Below are positions 1-9,199 of a stretch of DNA of 64,000 bases, piece by piece. The notes under the pieces were generated by a model. That model was not told the origin of the DNA. It did not search any database and saw only the letters and a list, made by a program, of their open reading frames with translations. Source of the DNA: a bacterium (GTDB lineage Bacteria; ARS69); the NCBI GenBank assembly GCA_041393395.1, contig JAWKKG010000003.1, forward strand, positions 891,126-955,125, written 5' to 3'. How positions within the stretch are numbered: the first letter of the stretch is position 1; each line of letters starts with the position of its first letter. A program made the translations under genes and the position numbers.

Positions 1-1
1 T

Positions 2-97
2 GCGCACGACTGGGAGGCGGCGAGCCGGCGGCATGCGGAACGCGGCATCGATCCCGCCGCGCGCGAACTCCTCGAGTCGCTCGGCTATCTCGATTGA
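2..97 (+). CDS. 3' end of a gene entering from the left edge (partial, function unknown)
   Basis: Frame is open from the window edge, ends ...RELLESLGYLD, with TGA at 95-97. Too short to assign. Confidence 0.3.
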   Translation, partial: AHDWEAASRRHAERGIDPAARELLESLGYLD

Positions 98-142
98 CGC
101 GGTGCGCATCGGTGCTGGCTCGACGTCCGCGTCGCGGTTAGG

Positions 143-1384
143 ATGCCGCGCATGACTGTGACGTTCGCCCGCCGAGACCGCACGCCGAACCGGCGCAATC
201 GCCGGCGTCGCCCGGGGCGCTCCCCGCGCTCCCCGCGCGCCGCGCTCGTCGCCGTGGTGGCGATCGTCGGGGCGGCCACGCTCGCCTGGCGGGTCGCGGC
301 CTCGGGTCCGGGCGCCCGTCCGTCCGCTCCCCCTCCCACGGTGGTCCGGTGTCTGCTGCGCCCGGTGAGCATCCCGAGCCTGTCCTGCACGTCGGCCATT
401 CTCGTGGAGGCGGAGACAGGTACCGTCCTGTACCAGAAGAACGCGGACGAACGTCGGGCGCCGGCTTCGCTCGCCAAGATGATGACCGAGCTGGTCCTGC
501 TCGAGGACGTCGCGGCCGGCAAACTCCGACTCGACGAGGAGATCGAGGTCTCGGCGAACGCTTCCACGATGGGCGGCTCGCAGGTGTTTCTGAAGCACGG
601 CGAGAAGCAGCCGGCGGAAGCGTTGCTGCACGCGCTCGGTATCGCGTCGGCGAACGATGCGGCCATGGCTCTCGCCGAGCACGTCGCCGGCAGCGAAAAG
701 GCGTTCGTGGCCCGCATGAACGCGCGTGCGAAGGAGCTCGGCTGCCGGCAGACGAAGTTCGTGAACGTGCACGGTCTCGATCTGCCGCGGCAAGACAAGA
801 ACTGGACGTCGGCGCGCGATCTCGCACTGATCGCGGGTGCGCTCGTCCGCCACCCGAAGGCGCTGGAGATCTCCTCCACGTGGCGCGAGCCGTTTCGGGG
901 CGGCGAGTTCTGGCTCGACAACACGAACAAGTCGTTGAAGCGCTTCGAAGGCATGGACGGTCTCAAGACGGGCTGGACCCCGCGCGCGGGTGGTTGTTTC
1001 GTGGGGACTGCGTCGCGCGACGGAGTTCGTCTGATCGCGGTGATCCTCGACTCGAAGCCGGGCCGCGACCGCTTCGACGTCGCGATGAAGCTGCTCGCGG
1101 CGGGCTTCGCGCCGCGGCCCCAGTGGCAGGAAGCCGTGCGCGTGGGCGCGCCCGTGGCCGCGATCGAGCCGGCCGGTGAGGCCGTCGCCTCCAAGAGCCC
1201 GACGACGGCCGGGGGCACGGTGCGGGTTCTCATCGAGGAAAGCCGGGAGGACGCGCTCGTCGCCCGCTATCGACCTCGGGGCGAGGACACGCCGGCAGAC
1301 GTCGCACCCGAGGTGGCGGGATGGGTGGATCTGCGACTCGGGGACAAGACGGTGGCGACCGTGCCGGCCCGCCCGGGCCGGTAG
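143..1384 (+). CDS. D-alanyl-D-alanine carboxypeptidase (PBP5/6-type, peptidase S11)
   Basis: 413-aa ORF with a basic/hydrophobic N-terminus. Carries SxxK (ASLAKMM), SxN (SANDAA) and KTG (LKTGWT) boxes in canonical order. An alternative start exists at 152. Confidence 0.88.
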   Translation: MPRMTVTFARRDRTPNRRNRRRRPGRSPRSPRAALVAVVAIVGAATLAWRVAASGPGARPSAPPPTVVRCLLRPVSIPSLSCTSAILVEAETGTVLYQKNADERRAPASLAKMMTELVLLEDVAAGKLRLDEEIEVSANASTMGGSQVFLKHGEKQPAEALLHALGIASANDAAMALAEHVAGSEKAFVARMNARAKELGCRQTKFVNVHGLDLPRQDKNWTSARDLALIAGALVRHPKALEISSTWREPFRGGEFWLDNTNKSLKRFEGMDGLKTGWTPRAGGCFVGTASRDGVRLIAVILDSKPGRDRFDVAMKLLAAGFAPRPQWQEAVRVGAPVAAIEPAGEAVASKSPTTAGGTVRVLIEESREDALVARYRPRGEDTPADVAPEVAGWVDLRLGDKTVATVPARPGR

Positions 1385-1500
1385 CGCCCCCGGCCGCACT
1401 CCGGGAGCTCGGACGCGGAGCCGTCGACGCCCCTCCGGGGCTCGCCTCCGCCCGCCGGAACCGGTACCCTCGAACGTCCATTCGAGCCTCGGGGGGAACC

Positions 1501-2832
1501 ATGACCCTGCCTTCCACGTCGTCGATCGGTCCGAGCGGCCTCCGCATCGTCCCCGACATGCCGATCTGCCAGCGGGACCTGCCGCTGGACTGGTACCAGG
1601 AGGAGTTCCGTCCGTACGCGGAGGAGTACCTCGCGCTCCCCGACCGCAGGCCGGAGACGATCCTGCCGTGGATGGACCGCTACCTCGAGCCGGCGCTCGC
1701 TCACTTCGGCGACTCGATCATGCTGCTCGCCCACTACTACATGGGCGGCGAGATCGTGAAGCTCGTGGAGCGATACGGCGGTCGCATCGCGGACTCGTAC
1801 GAGCTGGCGTTGCAGACGCGCGAGCGCGCCGACGTGAAGATCTTCGTGGAGTCCGCCGTGCACTTCATGGCGGAGTCGATCGCGATCCTGGCGAACGACG
1901 ATCAGCAGGTCTGGATCACGAATCCGAAGTCCGGCTGCACCATGGAGATGATGGCGAAGGACTGGATGGTCGAGCCCGTCTTCGAGGAATTGCGGACGCG
2001 CTACGGAGACGACCTCCTCGTGCTCGCGTACATGAACACGTCGGGGCGCGTGAAGGCGCTCGCGGGGGAGACGGGCGGTGCGGTCTGCACGAGCTCGAAT
2101 GCGAAGCACGTCGTGCGATGGGCGCTCGATTCCGGGCGGAAGATCTTCTTCGTGCCCGATCGTCATCTCGGCGAGGTCGTCGCCGGGCAGGTCGGTCTCG
2201 TCGGCGCGGATCTGTTCCAGTGGGGCGGCGGGGAAGAGGGCGGTCGGATGGCGATCGCGTCGCTCGATCCGCGCGAGCGGGAGCGGCTGGACGCGTCGCG
2301 CATGGTGCTGTGGGGCAGCTGGTGCGGTGTGCACACCACGTTCACGCCGGAGCAAGTCCGCTACTGGCAGGAGCAAGGCTACCGCGTGCTCGTGCATCCC
2401 GAGTGCCCGAAGGTCGTCGTGGACGCCGCCGACGGCGCGGGCTCCACGAAGTACCTCTGGCAGGAGGTGTTCGACGCGCCACGGGGAACGCGGCTCGCGA
2501 TCGCGACCGAGGGCCACTTCGTGCGGAATGCGCGGGATCAGGGCGTGCTGCGAGGGGTCGACGTCGTCAACGTCGCCGACGTTCCGGGCGAGAAGTCCCT
2601 GGGCTGCGGCTGCGCGACGATGTCGCGGAATGACCCGCCGCACCTCGTGGCGATGCTCGATCTGCTCCGCCGGGGCGAAGGGCCCGACCTGAACCACGTA
2701 CTGCCCGGCGACTCCGTGGACGAGATCACGGGACGCCGCGAACGCCTCACCGAGGCCGAGCGCCGCGGGGTCGTCGCGAACGCGCGCAAGGCGCTCGAGC
2801 GGATGATCGAGATCACGCGCGCGGCGAGCTGA
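1501..2832 (+). CDS. nadA: quinolinate synthase NadA (long form)
   Basis: In-frame ATG at 1501 preceded by GGGGGGAA. NadA-like blocks: LLAHYYMGGE, ADSYELA, VHFMAESIAIL, SGCTMEMM, WCGVHTTF, VHPECP, GCGCATMSRN (Fe-S cysteines). Confidence 0.82.
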   Translation: MTLPSTSSIGPSGLRIVPDMPICQRDLPLDWYQEEFRPYAEEYLALPDRRPETILPWMDRYLEPALAHFGDSIMLLAHYYMGGEIVKLVERYGGRIADSYELALQTRERADVKIFVESAVHFMAESIAILANDDQQVWITNPKSGCTMEMMAKDWMVEPVFEELRTRYGDDLLVLAYMNTSGRVKALAGETGGAVCTSSNAKHVVRWALDSGRKIFFVPDRHLGEVVAGQVGLVGADLFQWGGGEEGGRMAIASLDPRERERLDASRMVLWGSWCGVHTTFTPEQVRYWQEQGYRVLVHPECPKVVVDAADGAGSTKYLWQEVFDAPRGTRLAIATEGHFVRNARDQGVLRGVDVVNVADVPGEKSLGCGCATMSRNDPPHLVAMLDLLRRGEGPDLNHVLPGDSVDEITGRRERLTEAERRGVVANARKALERMIEITRAAS

Positions 2833-2852
2833 GCCGGCCGGACGTGCGCCGG

Positions 2853-2902
2853 AAAAATCGAAGCCCCGCGGGTCGCGCGGAACGCGGACCCCGCGGGGCT
2901 TC
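2853..2902 (-). terminator. rho-independent terminator of cspA (hairpin shared with convergent nadA)
   Basis: 15-bp GC stem GAAGCCCCGCGGGTC / GACCCCGCGGGGCTTC (2860-2902). The A-run at 2853-2857 gives a U-tail on the minus strand. Confidence 0.7.
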
Positions 2903-2938
2903 TGTCGGTTCGATCCGGGTCCGGATCGGAAGAGTCTC

Positions 2939-3139
2939 TCAGCCCTTCACGACCTGCGCGGCCTGGGGACCTTTCGGACCGTCGACGATCTCGAACGAGA
3001 CCTGATCTCCCTCGTTGAGCGTGCGGTAACCGTCGCCCTCGATGGCGGTGAAGTGGACGAACACGTCGTTCCCTGCTTCCGGAGCGATGAAACCGAAGCC
3101 CTTCGAGTCGCTGAACCACTTGACCGTGCCGTTTGGCAT
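2939..3139 (-). CDS. cspA: cold-shock protein (CspA family)
   Basis: 66 aa. [18 protein letters not shown] (RNP1) and VFVHF (RNP2). GAGGAG RBS upstream. Confidence 0.96.
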   Translation of the reverse strand: MPNGTVKWFSDSKGFGFIAPEAGNDVFVHFTAIEGDGYRTLNEGDQVSFEIVDGPKGPQAAQVVKG

Positions 3140-3207
3140 CGAGCTACTCCTCGGTCTTGCGTTGCGAGCCCTCGTCCGGGTGGACGAGGAGGCGGAAACA
3201 GGAGCGC

Positions 3208-3249
3208 GCGAAAACGAGAAACGGCCGCGGGGGGATGCCCCGGCGGCCG
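3208..3249 (-). terminator. terminator-like hairpin between the EEP gene and cspA
   Basis: Stem CGGCCGC-GGGG / CCCC-GCGGCCG (3222-3249), followed on the minus strand by GTTTCTCGTTTTC. It could terminate the upstream gene or be part of the cspA leader. Confidence 0.4.
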
Positions 3250-3401
3250 CCTCGGTGGAACGGGTGCTTATGGACTCGTGCGCTCCATCGGCGAAATCTT
3301 AGTCGGGGCGAGAAGACGGGGTCAAGATTCCGGGAGCGGCCCGGGACCGGGGGGCGGCCCCGCGGGGCGACGGGCCCGACGACGGGGCCGGGCCGGCCCG
3401 T

Positions 3402-5318
3402 CTAGGGCCGCTCGAGCCGGATCTCGGCCACCACGGCACGATGATCGGAGCCCCAGGCGCCGGCGACCCGCGACGAGATCACCGAGCAGCCGTCGCCGGC
3501 CAGGATCGTGTCGATGCGCCGCACCGGACCGCGCGATGGGTAGGTCGGGGGGAGTGGCGGCGAGGCCGCGGCCCCCGCGTCCTGCCAGCCGGCGGCGCCG
3601 AGGAGCGAGAGCGAGCGAGACCCCGGCAACGCGTTGAAGTCGCCGAGCAGCAGCGACCGTCCGGAGGGGCCGAGCGCGTGCACGAGCGCCGTGGCCTGCT
3701 GCACGCGAATGTCCTCGTCGTCCTCGCGGTGATGGAAATGGGTTCCGATCACGCGGAGCGGCTCCGGCCCGACCGTGGTCGGGATCGAGACGACGGTGGC
3801 CTGCCGCGTGAGCGGGAGGTCGCGCGGCGGCAGCGGCAGTCGCTCCACGGCGACGGGCAGGACACGCGTGAATACCGCGTTCCCCCAGTCGGACGACGTC
3901 GCGGGACCGAACGTGCCGGCCATCGCGAGTCGCTCGCGCGCGAGCTCGAAGAGATCGGCGCCTCCGTTCGCGAGCCACCCGCGACTCACTTCCTGCAGTG
4001 CGATGACGTCCGGGTGCTCGGCCGCGAGGGAGTCGAGCATTCGTTCGAGCGCGAAGCCGCCGCGCTCGTCGAATCCGTTGTGCAGGTTGAACGTCGCGGC
4101 ACGGAGCGGTGAGTCCACGCGCTCGCGAAGATCGGGAGCGGCCGAGGGGCGCAGCAGCGGAAGCATCGTGGCCACGAGGGCGACGGCTGCAACCGAACCG
4201 AGACGCGCCCGCGACGGGGCGGAGCGCTCCCCGGGAGACGCCGCGGCGGCCGCGATCGCGAGCGCGGCGATGGCGAGGAGCGACCACACGATCGGTTCGC
4301 CCGGGAGCGGGAGGTCGTAGCTCGCGTAGTGGAGGAACACGAGCAGCAGGAACGTGATCCCTCCCGTCGCGGCGCCGATCGACGCGCGGCGGGAAGACGG
4401 CGTCGGGGTGGAGCGGAGCGCGAGCACGAGCAGGGCGCCGGCCGCGATCTGCGCGAGCGGAAGAAACGCCACCGAGAACGTGCCGGCGGGCTCGAGCCGC
4501 CACACCGCCGGCGCCAGGATCGCGGCTGCGAGCAGCGCGACTCCGCGACTCCACTTGCCGGGCACGCGGGAGAGGACGGCCGCGATCAACGTCGCGAGGC
4601 CGAGTCCTCCCGCGACGAGCGCGCCGGAAGCGGGTGTCTCGTATCCCGTTCGCGCGGACGCGCGCGCGACGTTGCCGAGCAGCTCGAGCTGCAGCGCGAG
4701 CCACGGACCGAGCGCGAACAAGGCCGCGCCGCTCGCCCGGGCGTTGTGCGCAGGTTCGCGCGGCGACGATGGCACGCGCAACGCCTGACGCACGGCGAGT
4801 CCCCCGAGGAGGAGCAGCAGCAACGTGACCACGGTCGGGCCGAAGCCGCCCCAGTGCAGGTCGCGCGTGCCCGCGACGGCGTGGATGGCCACGTCGCCGG
4901 TGGCACCCGCGAGTACCGCGTCGGCGAGCGGCGCCCGCGAGGCTGCGCGCGCGACCGCGGCGAGGAAGAACAGGAAAGCCACGGTGCCGGCGGCGGAAAC
5001 CACGAGGGAGACCGCGGGATCGCCCGGCCAGATCTGCAAGACGAGGCGGGCGAGAAGGAGCGGGATCGCGGTCCGCGCGAGGGCGTCGAGCGGGCGGCCC
5101 GAGGTCGCGCGACCGGGGCCGAACCAGGCGAGCCCGAACAGCACGAGTCCGATGCCCCCCAGCGCCGGGGAACCCAGACCGAAGCGGTCCTTCGCCACGT
5201 AGACCAGGAGCGGGAACATCGCCCGGAGGATCTGGAGTCCCGTCAGCGTCCCCAGGGCCACCAGGAGCGGCGCCGCCCAGCCGGAGGCAGGGGCGGAACG
5301 AGCGCGACGGTGCGGCAC
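3402..5318 (-). CDS. polytopic membrane protein with C-terminal endonuclease/exonuclease/phosphatase (EEP) domain
   Basis: The N-terminal ~340 aa are hydrophobic multi-TM. C-terminal EEP blocks: ATFNLHNG, VIALQEV, LLLGDFNA, WGSDHRAV. Confidence 0.8.
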   Translation of the reverse strand: MPHRRARSAPASGWAAPLLVALGTLTGLQILRAMFPLLVYVAKDRFGLGSPALGGIGLVLFGLAWFGPGRATSGRPLDALARTAIPLLLARLVLQIWPGDPAVSLVVSAAGTVAFLFFLAAVARAASRAPLADAVLAGATGDVAIHAVAGTRDLHWGGFGPTVVTLLLLLLGGLAVRQALRVPSSPREPAHNARASGAALFALGPWLALQLELLGNVARASARTGYETPASGALVAGGLGLATLIAAVLSRVPGKWSRGVALLAAAILAPAVWRLEPAGTFSVAFLPLAQIAAGALLVLALRSTPTPSSRRASIGAATGGITFLLLVFLHYASYDLPLPGEPIVWSLLAIAALAIAAAAASPGERSAPSRARLGSVAAVALVATMLPLLRPSAAPDLRERVDSPLRAATFNLHNGFDERGGFALERMLDSLAAEHPDVIALQEVSRGWLANGGADLFELARERLAMAGTFGPATSSDWGNAVFTRVLPVAVERLPLPPRDLPLTRQATVVSIPTTVGPEPLRVIGTHFHHREDDEDIRVQQATALVHALGPSGRSLLLGDFNALPGSRSLSLLGAAGWQDAGAAASPPLPPTYPSRGPVRRIDTILAGDGCSVISSRVAGAWGSDHRAVVAEIRLERP

Positions 5319-5388
5319 GAGCTTCCTCCGGGGTTGCGGGGCGCCTCGCGAGGCTCCCGGCCGCGGACGGTACCACGGAGGCTCCCTC

Positions 5389-5428
5389 TTGACGTCCCCG
5401 GCTTGATCATCTATATATCTCGATATAT
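5389..5428 (+). promoter_or_regulatory. sigma-70-type promoter plus palindromic operator in front of the sahR-like gene
   Basis: TTGACG (5389-5394), 17-nt spacer, TATATA (5412-5417). Perfect inverted repeat ATATATC-TC-GATATAT (5413-5428) overlaps the -10 box and the ATG at 5427. This is an AT-rich island in a ~70% GC context. Confidence 0.55.
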
Positions 5429-6377
5429 GGATGAACTACGGACCCAAGATGCCGTCCTCCGGGCGCTGAAAGCCGCCGCCGACGGCATCCGGCTGCGGAT
5501 TCTTCGCGTGCTCGCGGAGGGGCCGTTCCACGTGGCGGAGCTCACGGAGATCCTCGGCGCGGGGCAGTCGTCCGTGTCGCGGCATCTGCGGATTCTTGCC
5601 GACGCCGAGCTCGTCCAGGTCCGCCGGGTGGGCACGTGGTCCTGGTACTCGCTCCGCGAGGGCTCGGACGAAGGCGCTCCCGCGGCGCGGGTCCTGTCGA
5701 TCCTGGAGGCGTTGCCGGGTCTGAACGGCGACGCCGAGGCGGTGGACCGCGTCCTCGCAAAGCGCCGGCACGCCACGTCGGAGTTCTTCCGTCGCACCGC
5801 GCCGGTGTGGGACACCGTACGCGAGCGTCACCTCGGCCCGGCCGAGCATCTCGAGCCGCTGCTCGACGCGATCGGGCGCGGGCGGGTGGTCGCGGACCTC
5901 GGCACCGGGACCGGCGTGCTGCTCGCGCGGCTCGCGTCGACCTTCGATCAGGTGATCGGCATCGACGCGTCGCCCGAGATGCTCGAGGAGGCGCGCCGGC
6001 GTCTGGACGACACGGGATCCGGTCCGGCCGAGTTGCGCCTCGGACGACTCGAGCACCTGCCGCTCGCCGACGGTGAGGCCGACGTGATGGTCGCGAACCT
6101 CGTTCTGCACCACGTGGCGGATCCGGCCGGCGTCCTGCGCGAGATCCGGCGCGGGCTCGCCTCGCGCGGAAGACTCGTGATCGCGGACCTCGAGGAGTAC
6201 GCGGACGACTCGTTGCGCTCGGCGCTCGGCGCCCAGTGGCCCGGCTTCCGCCCGGACGACGTCACGACCTGGCTGCGCGCCGCGGGCTTCACGCCGCGAC
6301 GCTCCGAACGCATCACCCGACCGAACGGGGCCGAGCCCGGCCCCGCGATTCATCTCTGGGAAGCCATCGCACGCTAG
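5427..6377 (+). CDS. sahR: ArsR-family wHTH fused to a SAM-methyltransferase-like domain (SahR-type regulator)
   Basis: N-terminal RLRILRVLAEGPFHVAELTEILGAGQSSVSRHLRIL (ArsR/SmtB HTH). C-terminal class I MTase motif I VADLGTGTGVLL. Lies directly upstream of ahcY. Confidence 0.75.
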   Translation: MDELRTQDAVLRALKAAADGIRLRILRVLAEGPFHVAELTEILGAGQSSVSRHLRILADAELVQVRRVGTWSWYSLREGSDEGAPAARVLSILEALPGLNGDAEAVDRVLAKRRHATSEFFRRTAPVWDTVRERHLGPAEHLEPLLDAIGRGRVVADLGTGTGVLLARLASTFDQVIGIDASPEMLEEARRRLDDTGSGPAELRLGRLEHLPLADGEADVMVANLVLHHVADPAGVLREIRRGLASRGRLVIADLEEYADDSLRSALGAQWPGFRPDDVTTWLRAAGFTPRRSERITRPNGAEPGPAIHLWEAIAR

Positions 6378-6404
6378 AACCGTTCCACCGCAAAGGAGAA
6401 CCCG

Positions 6405-7718
6405 TTGGAGACTTCGACGAAGCCGGCCTACAAGGTCAAGGACATGGCGCTCGCGGAATGGGGTCGCAAGGAGATCCTGCTCGCCGAGCAGGAGATGCCG
6501 GGACTCATGGCGCTCCGCGAGAAGTACGGCAAGACCAAGCCGCTCGCGGGCGCGCGCATCGCGGGCTGCCTGCACATGACGATCCAGACCGCGGTGCTGA
6601 TCGAGACGCTGCGCGAGCTGGGCGCCGAGGTGCAGTGGTCCAGCTGCAACATCTTCTCCACGCAGGATCACGCCGCCGCCGCGATCGCGCAGGCCGGCGT
6701 GCCCGTCTACGCCTGGAAAGGCGAGACCGAGGAGGAGTACGACTGGTGCATCGAGCAGACGCTCGTGTTCCCGGACGGGCAGCCGCTGAACATGATCCTC
6801 GACGACGGCGGTGATCTCACGGTGATGGTGCACGACAAGTACCCCGAGTACTTCCAGCACATCCGCGGGATCTCCGAGGAGACGACGACCGGCGTTCATC
6901 GCCTGTACCAGATGGCGGAGCGCGGCACGCTGAAGGCGCCCGCCATCAACGTCAACGACTCGGTGACGAAGTCGAAGTTCGACAATCTCTACGGCTGCCG
7001 GGAGTCGCTCGCCGACGGCATCAAGCGTGCGACGGACATCATGGTCGCCGGCAAGGTCGTCGTGGTGGCCGGATTCGGAGACGTCGGCAAGGGCTGCGCC
7101 GACGCGATGCGTGGCCTCGGCGGCCGCGTGGTCGTGACCGAGATCGATCCGATCTGCGCGCTGCAGGCCGCGATGGAAGGCTACCAGGTGGTCACCATGG
7201 ACGAGGCCGCGCCGATGGGCGACATCTTCGTCACGGCCACGGGTTGCTGCGACATCATCTGCGGCAAGCACATGCAGCAGATGAAGAACGACGCGATCGT
7301 GTGCAACATCGGGCACTTCGACTCGGAGATCGAGATCGCGTGGCTCAAGAATCCGGCGAACGGCTGCCACCGAGTGGAGGTCAAGCCGCAGGTGGACCGC
7401 TGGGAGCTCCCGAACGGCCGGCACGTGATCGTCCTCGCGGAGGGCCGTCTCGTGAATCTCGGCTGCGCCACGGGTCACCCGTCGTTCGTGATGTCGAACT
7501 CGTTCACGAACCAGGTGCTCGCGCAGATCGAGCTGTGGACGAAGCACTCCGAGTACCCCACGGGCGTGTACACGCTCCCGAAGGCGCTGGACGAGGAGGT
7601 CGCACGCCTGCACCTCGCGAAGCTCGGCGTGAAGCTGACCGAGCTGACGAAGAAGCAGGCCGAGTACCTCGGTGTGCCGCAGCACGGACCGTTCAAGCCC
7701 GAGTACTACCGCTACTAG
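6405..7718 (+). CDS. ahcY: adenosylhomocysteinase
   Basis: 437 aa, canonical throughout ([34 protein letters not shown] loop GFGDVGKG, C-terminal PFKPEYYRY). Confidence 0.97.
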   Translation: METSTKPAYKVKDMALAEWGRKEILLAEQEMPGLMALREKYGKTKPLAGARIAGCLHMTIQTAVLIETLRELGAEVQWSSCNIFSTQDHAAAAIAQAGVPVYAWKGETEEEYDWCIEQTLVFPDGQPLNMILDDGGDLTVMVHDKYPEYFQHIRGISEETTTGVHRLYQMAERGTLKAPAINVNDSVTKSKFDNLYGCRESLADGIKRATDIMVAGKVVVVAGFGDVGKGCADAMRGLGGRVVVTEIDPICALQAAMEGYQVVTMDEAAPMGDIFVTATGCCDIICGKHMQQMKNDAIVCNIGHFDSEIEIAWLKNPANGCHRVEVKPQVDRWELPNGRHVIVLAEGRLVNLGCATGHPSFVMSNSFTNQVLAQIELWTKHSEYPTGVYTLPKALDEEVARLHLAKLGVKLTELTKKQAEYLGVPQHGPFKPEYYRY

Positions 7719-7741
7719 GCGTGCCCTGATTCGCGAATCGA

Positions 7742-7780
7742 GCGGGGGCCGTGGGCGACCACGGTCCCCGCCTTCGTTTC
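7742..7780 (+). terminator. rho-independent terminator after ahcY
   Basis: 13-bp stem GCGGGGGCCGTGG / CCACGGTCCCCGC with a GCGA loop, followed by CTTCGTTTC. Confidence 0.62.
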
Positions 7781-7848
7781 GGCCCGAACCGCTGGACCGT
7801 CGGGGTGCTCCCTGGCAATCTGAGGCCTGGCTCTCTCCGGAGGTTCTG

Positions 7849-8388
7849 GTGCGTACGTTGCTCGCCGTGCTGATCGCGACCGTGTTGCAGATGGGATGGG
7901 GATTCGTGAGCTGGGGCGTCCTCGCGGATCGACTCCAGATCGTGCGCGGCGCGCCGGCGGAGGAGCCGATTCGCGCGGCACTCCGCACGCTGCCGGAGAA
8001 GGGAGCGTACTTCGTGCCCATCGAAGGCTACGGCACGGAGGACTGGGCGCAGCGACACCGGGAGGGTCCCGTGGCTCTCCTGTTCGTGCACCCCGCGGGC
8101 GTGGAGCCCGCGATGGGGAACACGCTCGCGGAGGGGGCCGCACACTTCCTCGCGAGCGCGTTGCTCCTGGTGGCGCTCCTGCGACTCGTGGGCCCCCCGG
8201 CGACGTTTGCGGCGCGGTTCGGGCTGATCGTCGCGATCGCGTTCTTCGCCGCGTTCGTGCGCTACGGTGCGGACGCGGTGTGGTGGTACGTGCCGGGGGA
8301 CTACGCGGCGTTCGGCACGATCGTGATGGTGGTGTCGTGGGCGCTCGCAGGCCTCCCGATCGCGGCGCTGGTACGCACGCGAACGTGA
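7849..8388 (+). CDS. hypothetical integral membrane protein
   Basis: GTG at 7849 with GGAGG 5 nt upstream. About 4-5 hydrophobic segments. The longer ORF starting at 7672 would overlap ahcY and its terminator. Confidence 0.55.
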   Translation: MRTLLAVLIATVLQMGWGFVSWGVLADRLQIVRGAPAEEPIRAALRTLPEKGAYFVPIEGYGTEDWAQRHREGPVALLFVHPAGVEPAMGNTLAEGAAHFLASALLLVALLRLVGPPATFAARFGLIVAIAFFAAFVRYGADAVWWYVPGDYAAFGTIVMVVSWALAGLPIAALVRTRT

Positions 8389-8403
8389 TCCGGGGATGCC
8401 CGG

Positions 8404-9189
8404 CTACGGGCTCGGGGGCCGCTGATCCTCGTTGAGGCTCCAGTCGTAGTCCGTGTACTCGATCGGAACGTCCGTGCCCGGCTTGATCTCCTCCAGACCC
8501 TCCATGTACGGACGCACGAACTCGATCACGGACCCCGCGCCCCGCTCGAAGTCCTCGTGGTACCAGTCGAGGATCTTGGAGAGATGCGCGCGGCCTTCCT
8601 CGTCCACCCAGTTGCGCCTCGGATCGCCGAGGAACTGGCGCGTCTGTGCCTCGAGCTGTGTTTCCAGGTCCGCGCCGCGGTACGCCTCCCCGCGCAGCGG
8701 CGGACAGCCGATCGCAGCGCAGTTCAGTGCGAAGTGGATGCGCGGCTCGCGGAACTGCACCCGGATGATCGAGTTCTCGATCCGGTCCAGGGAGAGCTTG
8801 TGCCCCTCCACCGTGACGACGTCCTTCTTCCAGGGCGTGCGGAGGAGGTTGCCGAGGTCCTTGATGCTGTCGACCGGGTAACCCTCGAGCACGAGGCGCA
8901 GCGTGGCGGCGTTGTAGAGATTGATCCAGTAGGCGAGCGCGGCGTCGCTCTGGCCGGGGGTCGCCGCGAGCTTCTCGATCGGCGTGTGTTCGAGCTCGTG
9001 GATGTACCGGTTCAGAGCCTCCATGTCGTCGGCGTTCGCGTGCCAGTCCGCGTAGCGGACGCCGTACGGCGTCACGTACTCGTGGAGGAGCGCGTCGAAC
9101 GTCGCGTGATCGGGCGCCGGAACGACGGCCGCACTCGCGACGCCGACGAACGGGGACAGGGCGAGCCACACCACGAGCCAGAAACGCAT
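8404..9189 (-). CDS. secreted DUF547-family protein
   Basis: ATG at 9189 with an AGGAG RBS and signal peptide MRFWLVVWLALSPFVGVASA. DUF547-like core AYWINLYNAATL...HFALNCAAIGCPPL. Confidence 0.8.
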   Translation of the reverse strand: MRFWLVVWLALSPFVGVASAAVVPAPDHATFDALLHEYVTPYGVRYADWHANADDMEALNRYIHELEHTPIEKLAATPGQSDAALAYWINLYNAATLRLVLEGYPVDSIKDLGNLLRTPWKKDVVTVEGHKLSLDRIENSIIRVQFREPRIHFALNCAAIGCPPLRGEAYRGADLETQLEAQTRQFLGDPRRNWVDEEGRAHLSKILDWYHEDFERGAGSVIEFVRPYMEGLEEIKPGTDVPIEYTDYDWSLNEDQRPPSP

Positions 9190-9199
9190 CACGGACTCC

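Noticed and set aside
85-1233. Long antisense or out-of-frame ORFs rich in Arg/Pro/Ala/Gly. Examples: 85-1233(-), 3322-5376(-), 5436-8021(-), 15505-17544(-), 35082-39380(+), 34735-37449(-), 48998-51823(-), 57571-61869(-).
   Set aside because: They are typical stop-codon-poor shadow frames of ~70% GC DNA. Their composition is low complexity, they carry no motifs, and each is fully overlapped by a frame with clear domain signatures.
1385-1500. A possible NAD+ (nadA-motif) riboswitch upstream of nadA.
   Set aside because: I saw only a small hairpin (CTCGAA-cgtcca-TTCGAG). The conserved CAACA / ACANCCCC-type bulges of the nadA motif as I remember them are absent. This needs an Infernal scan to be sure.
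6378-6404. An SAH riboswitch in front of ahcY.
   Set aside because: The gap between sahR and ahcY is only 27 nt, far too short for the SAH element. Regulation is more plausibly protein-based (SahR-type).
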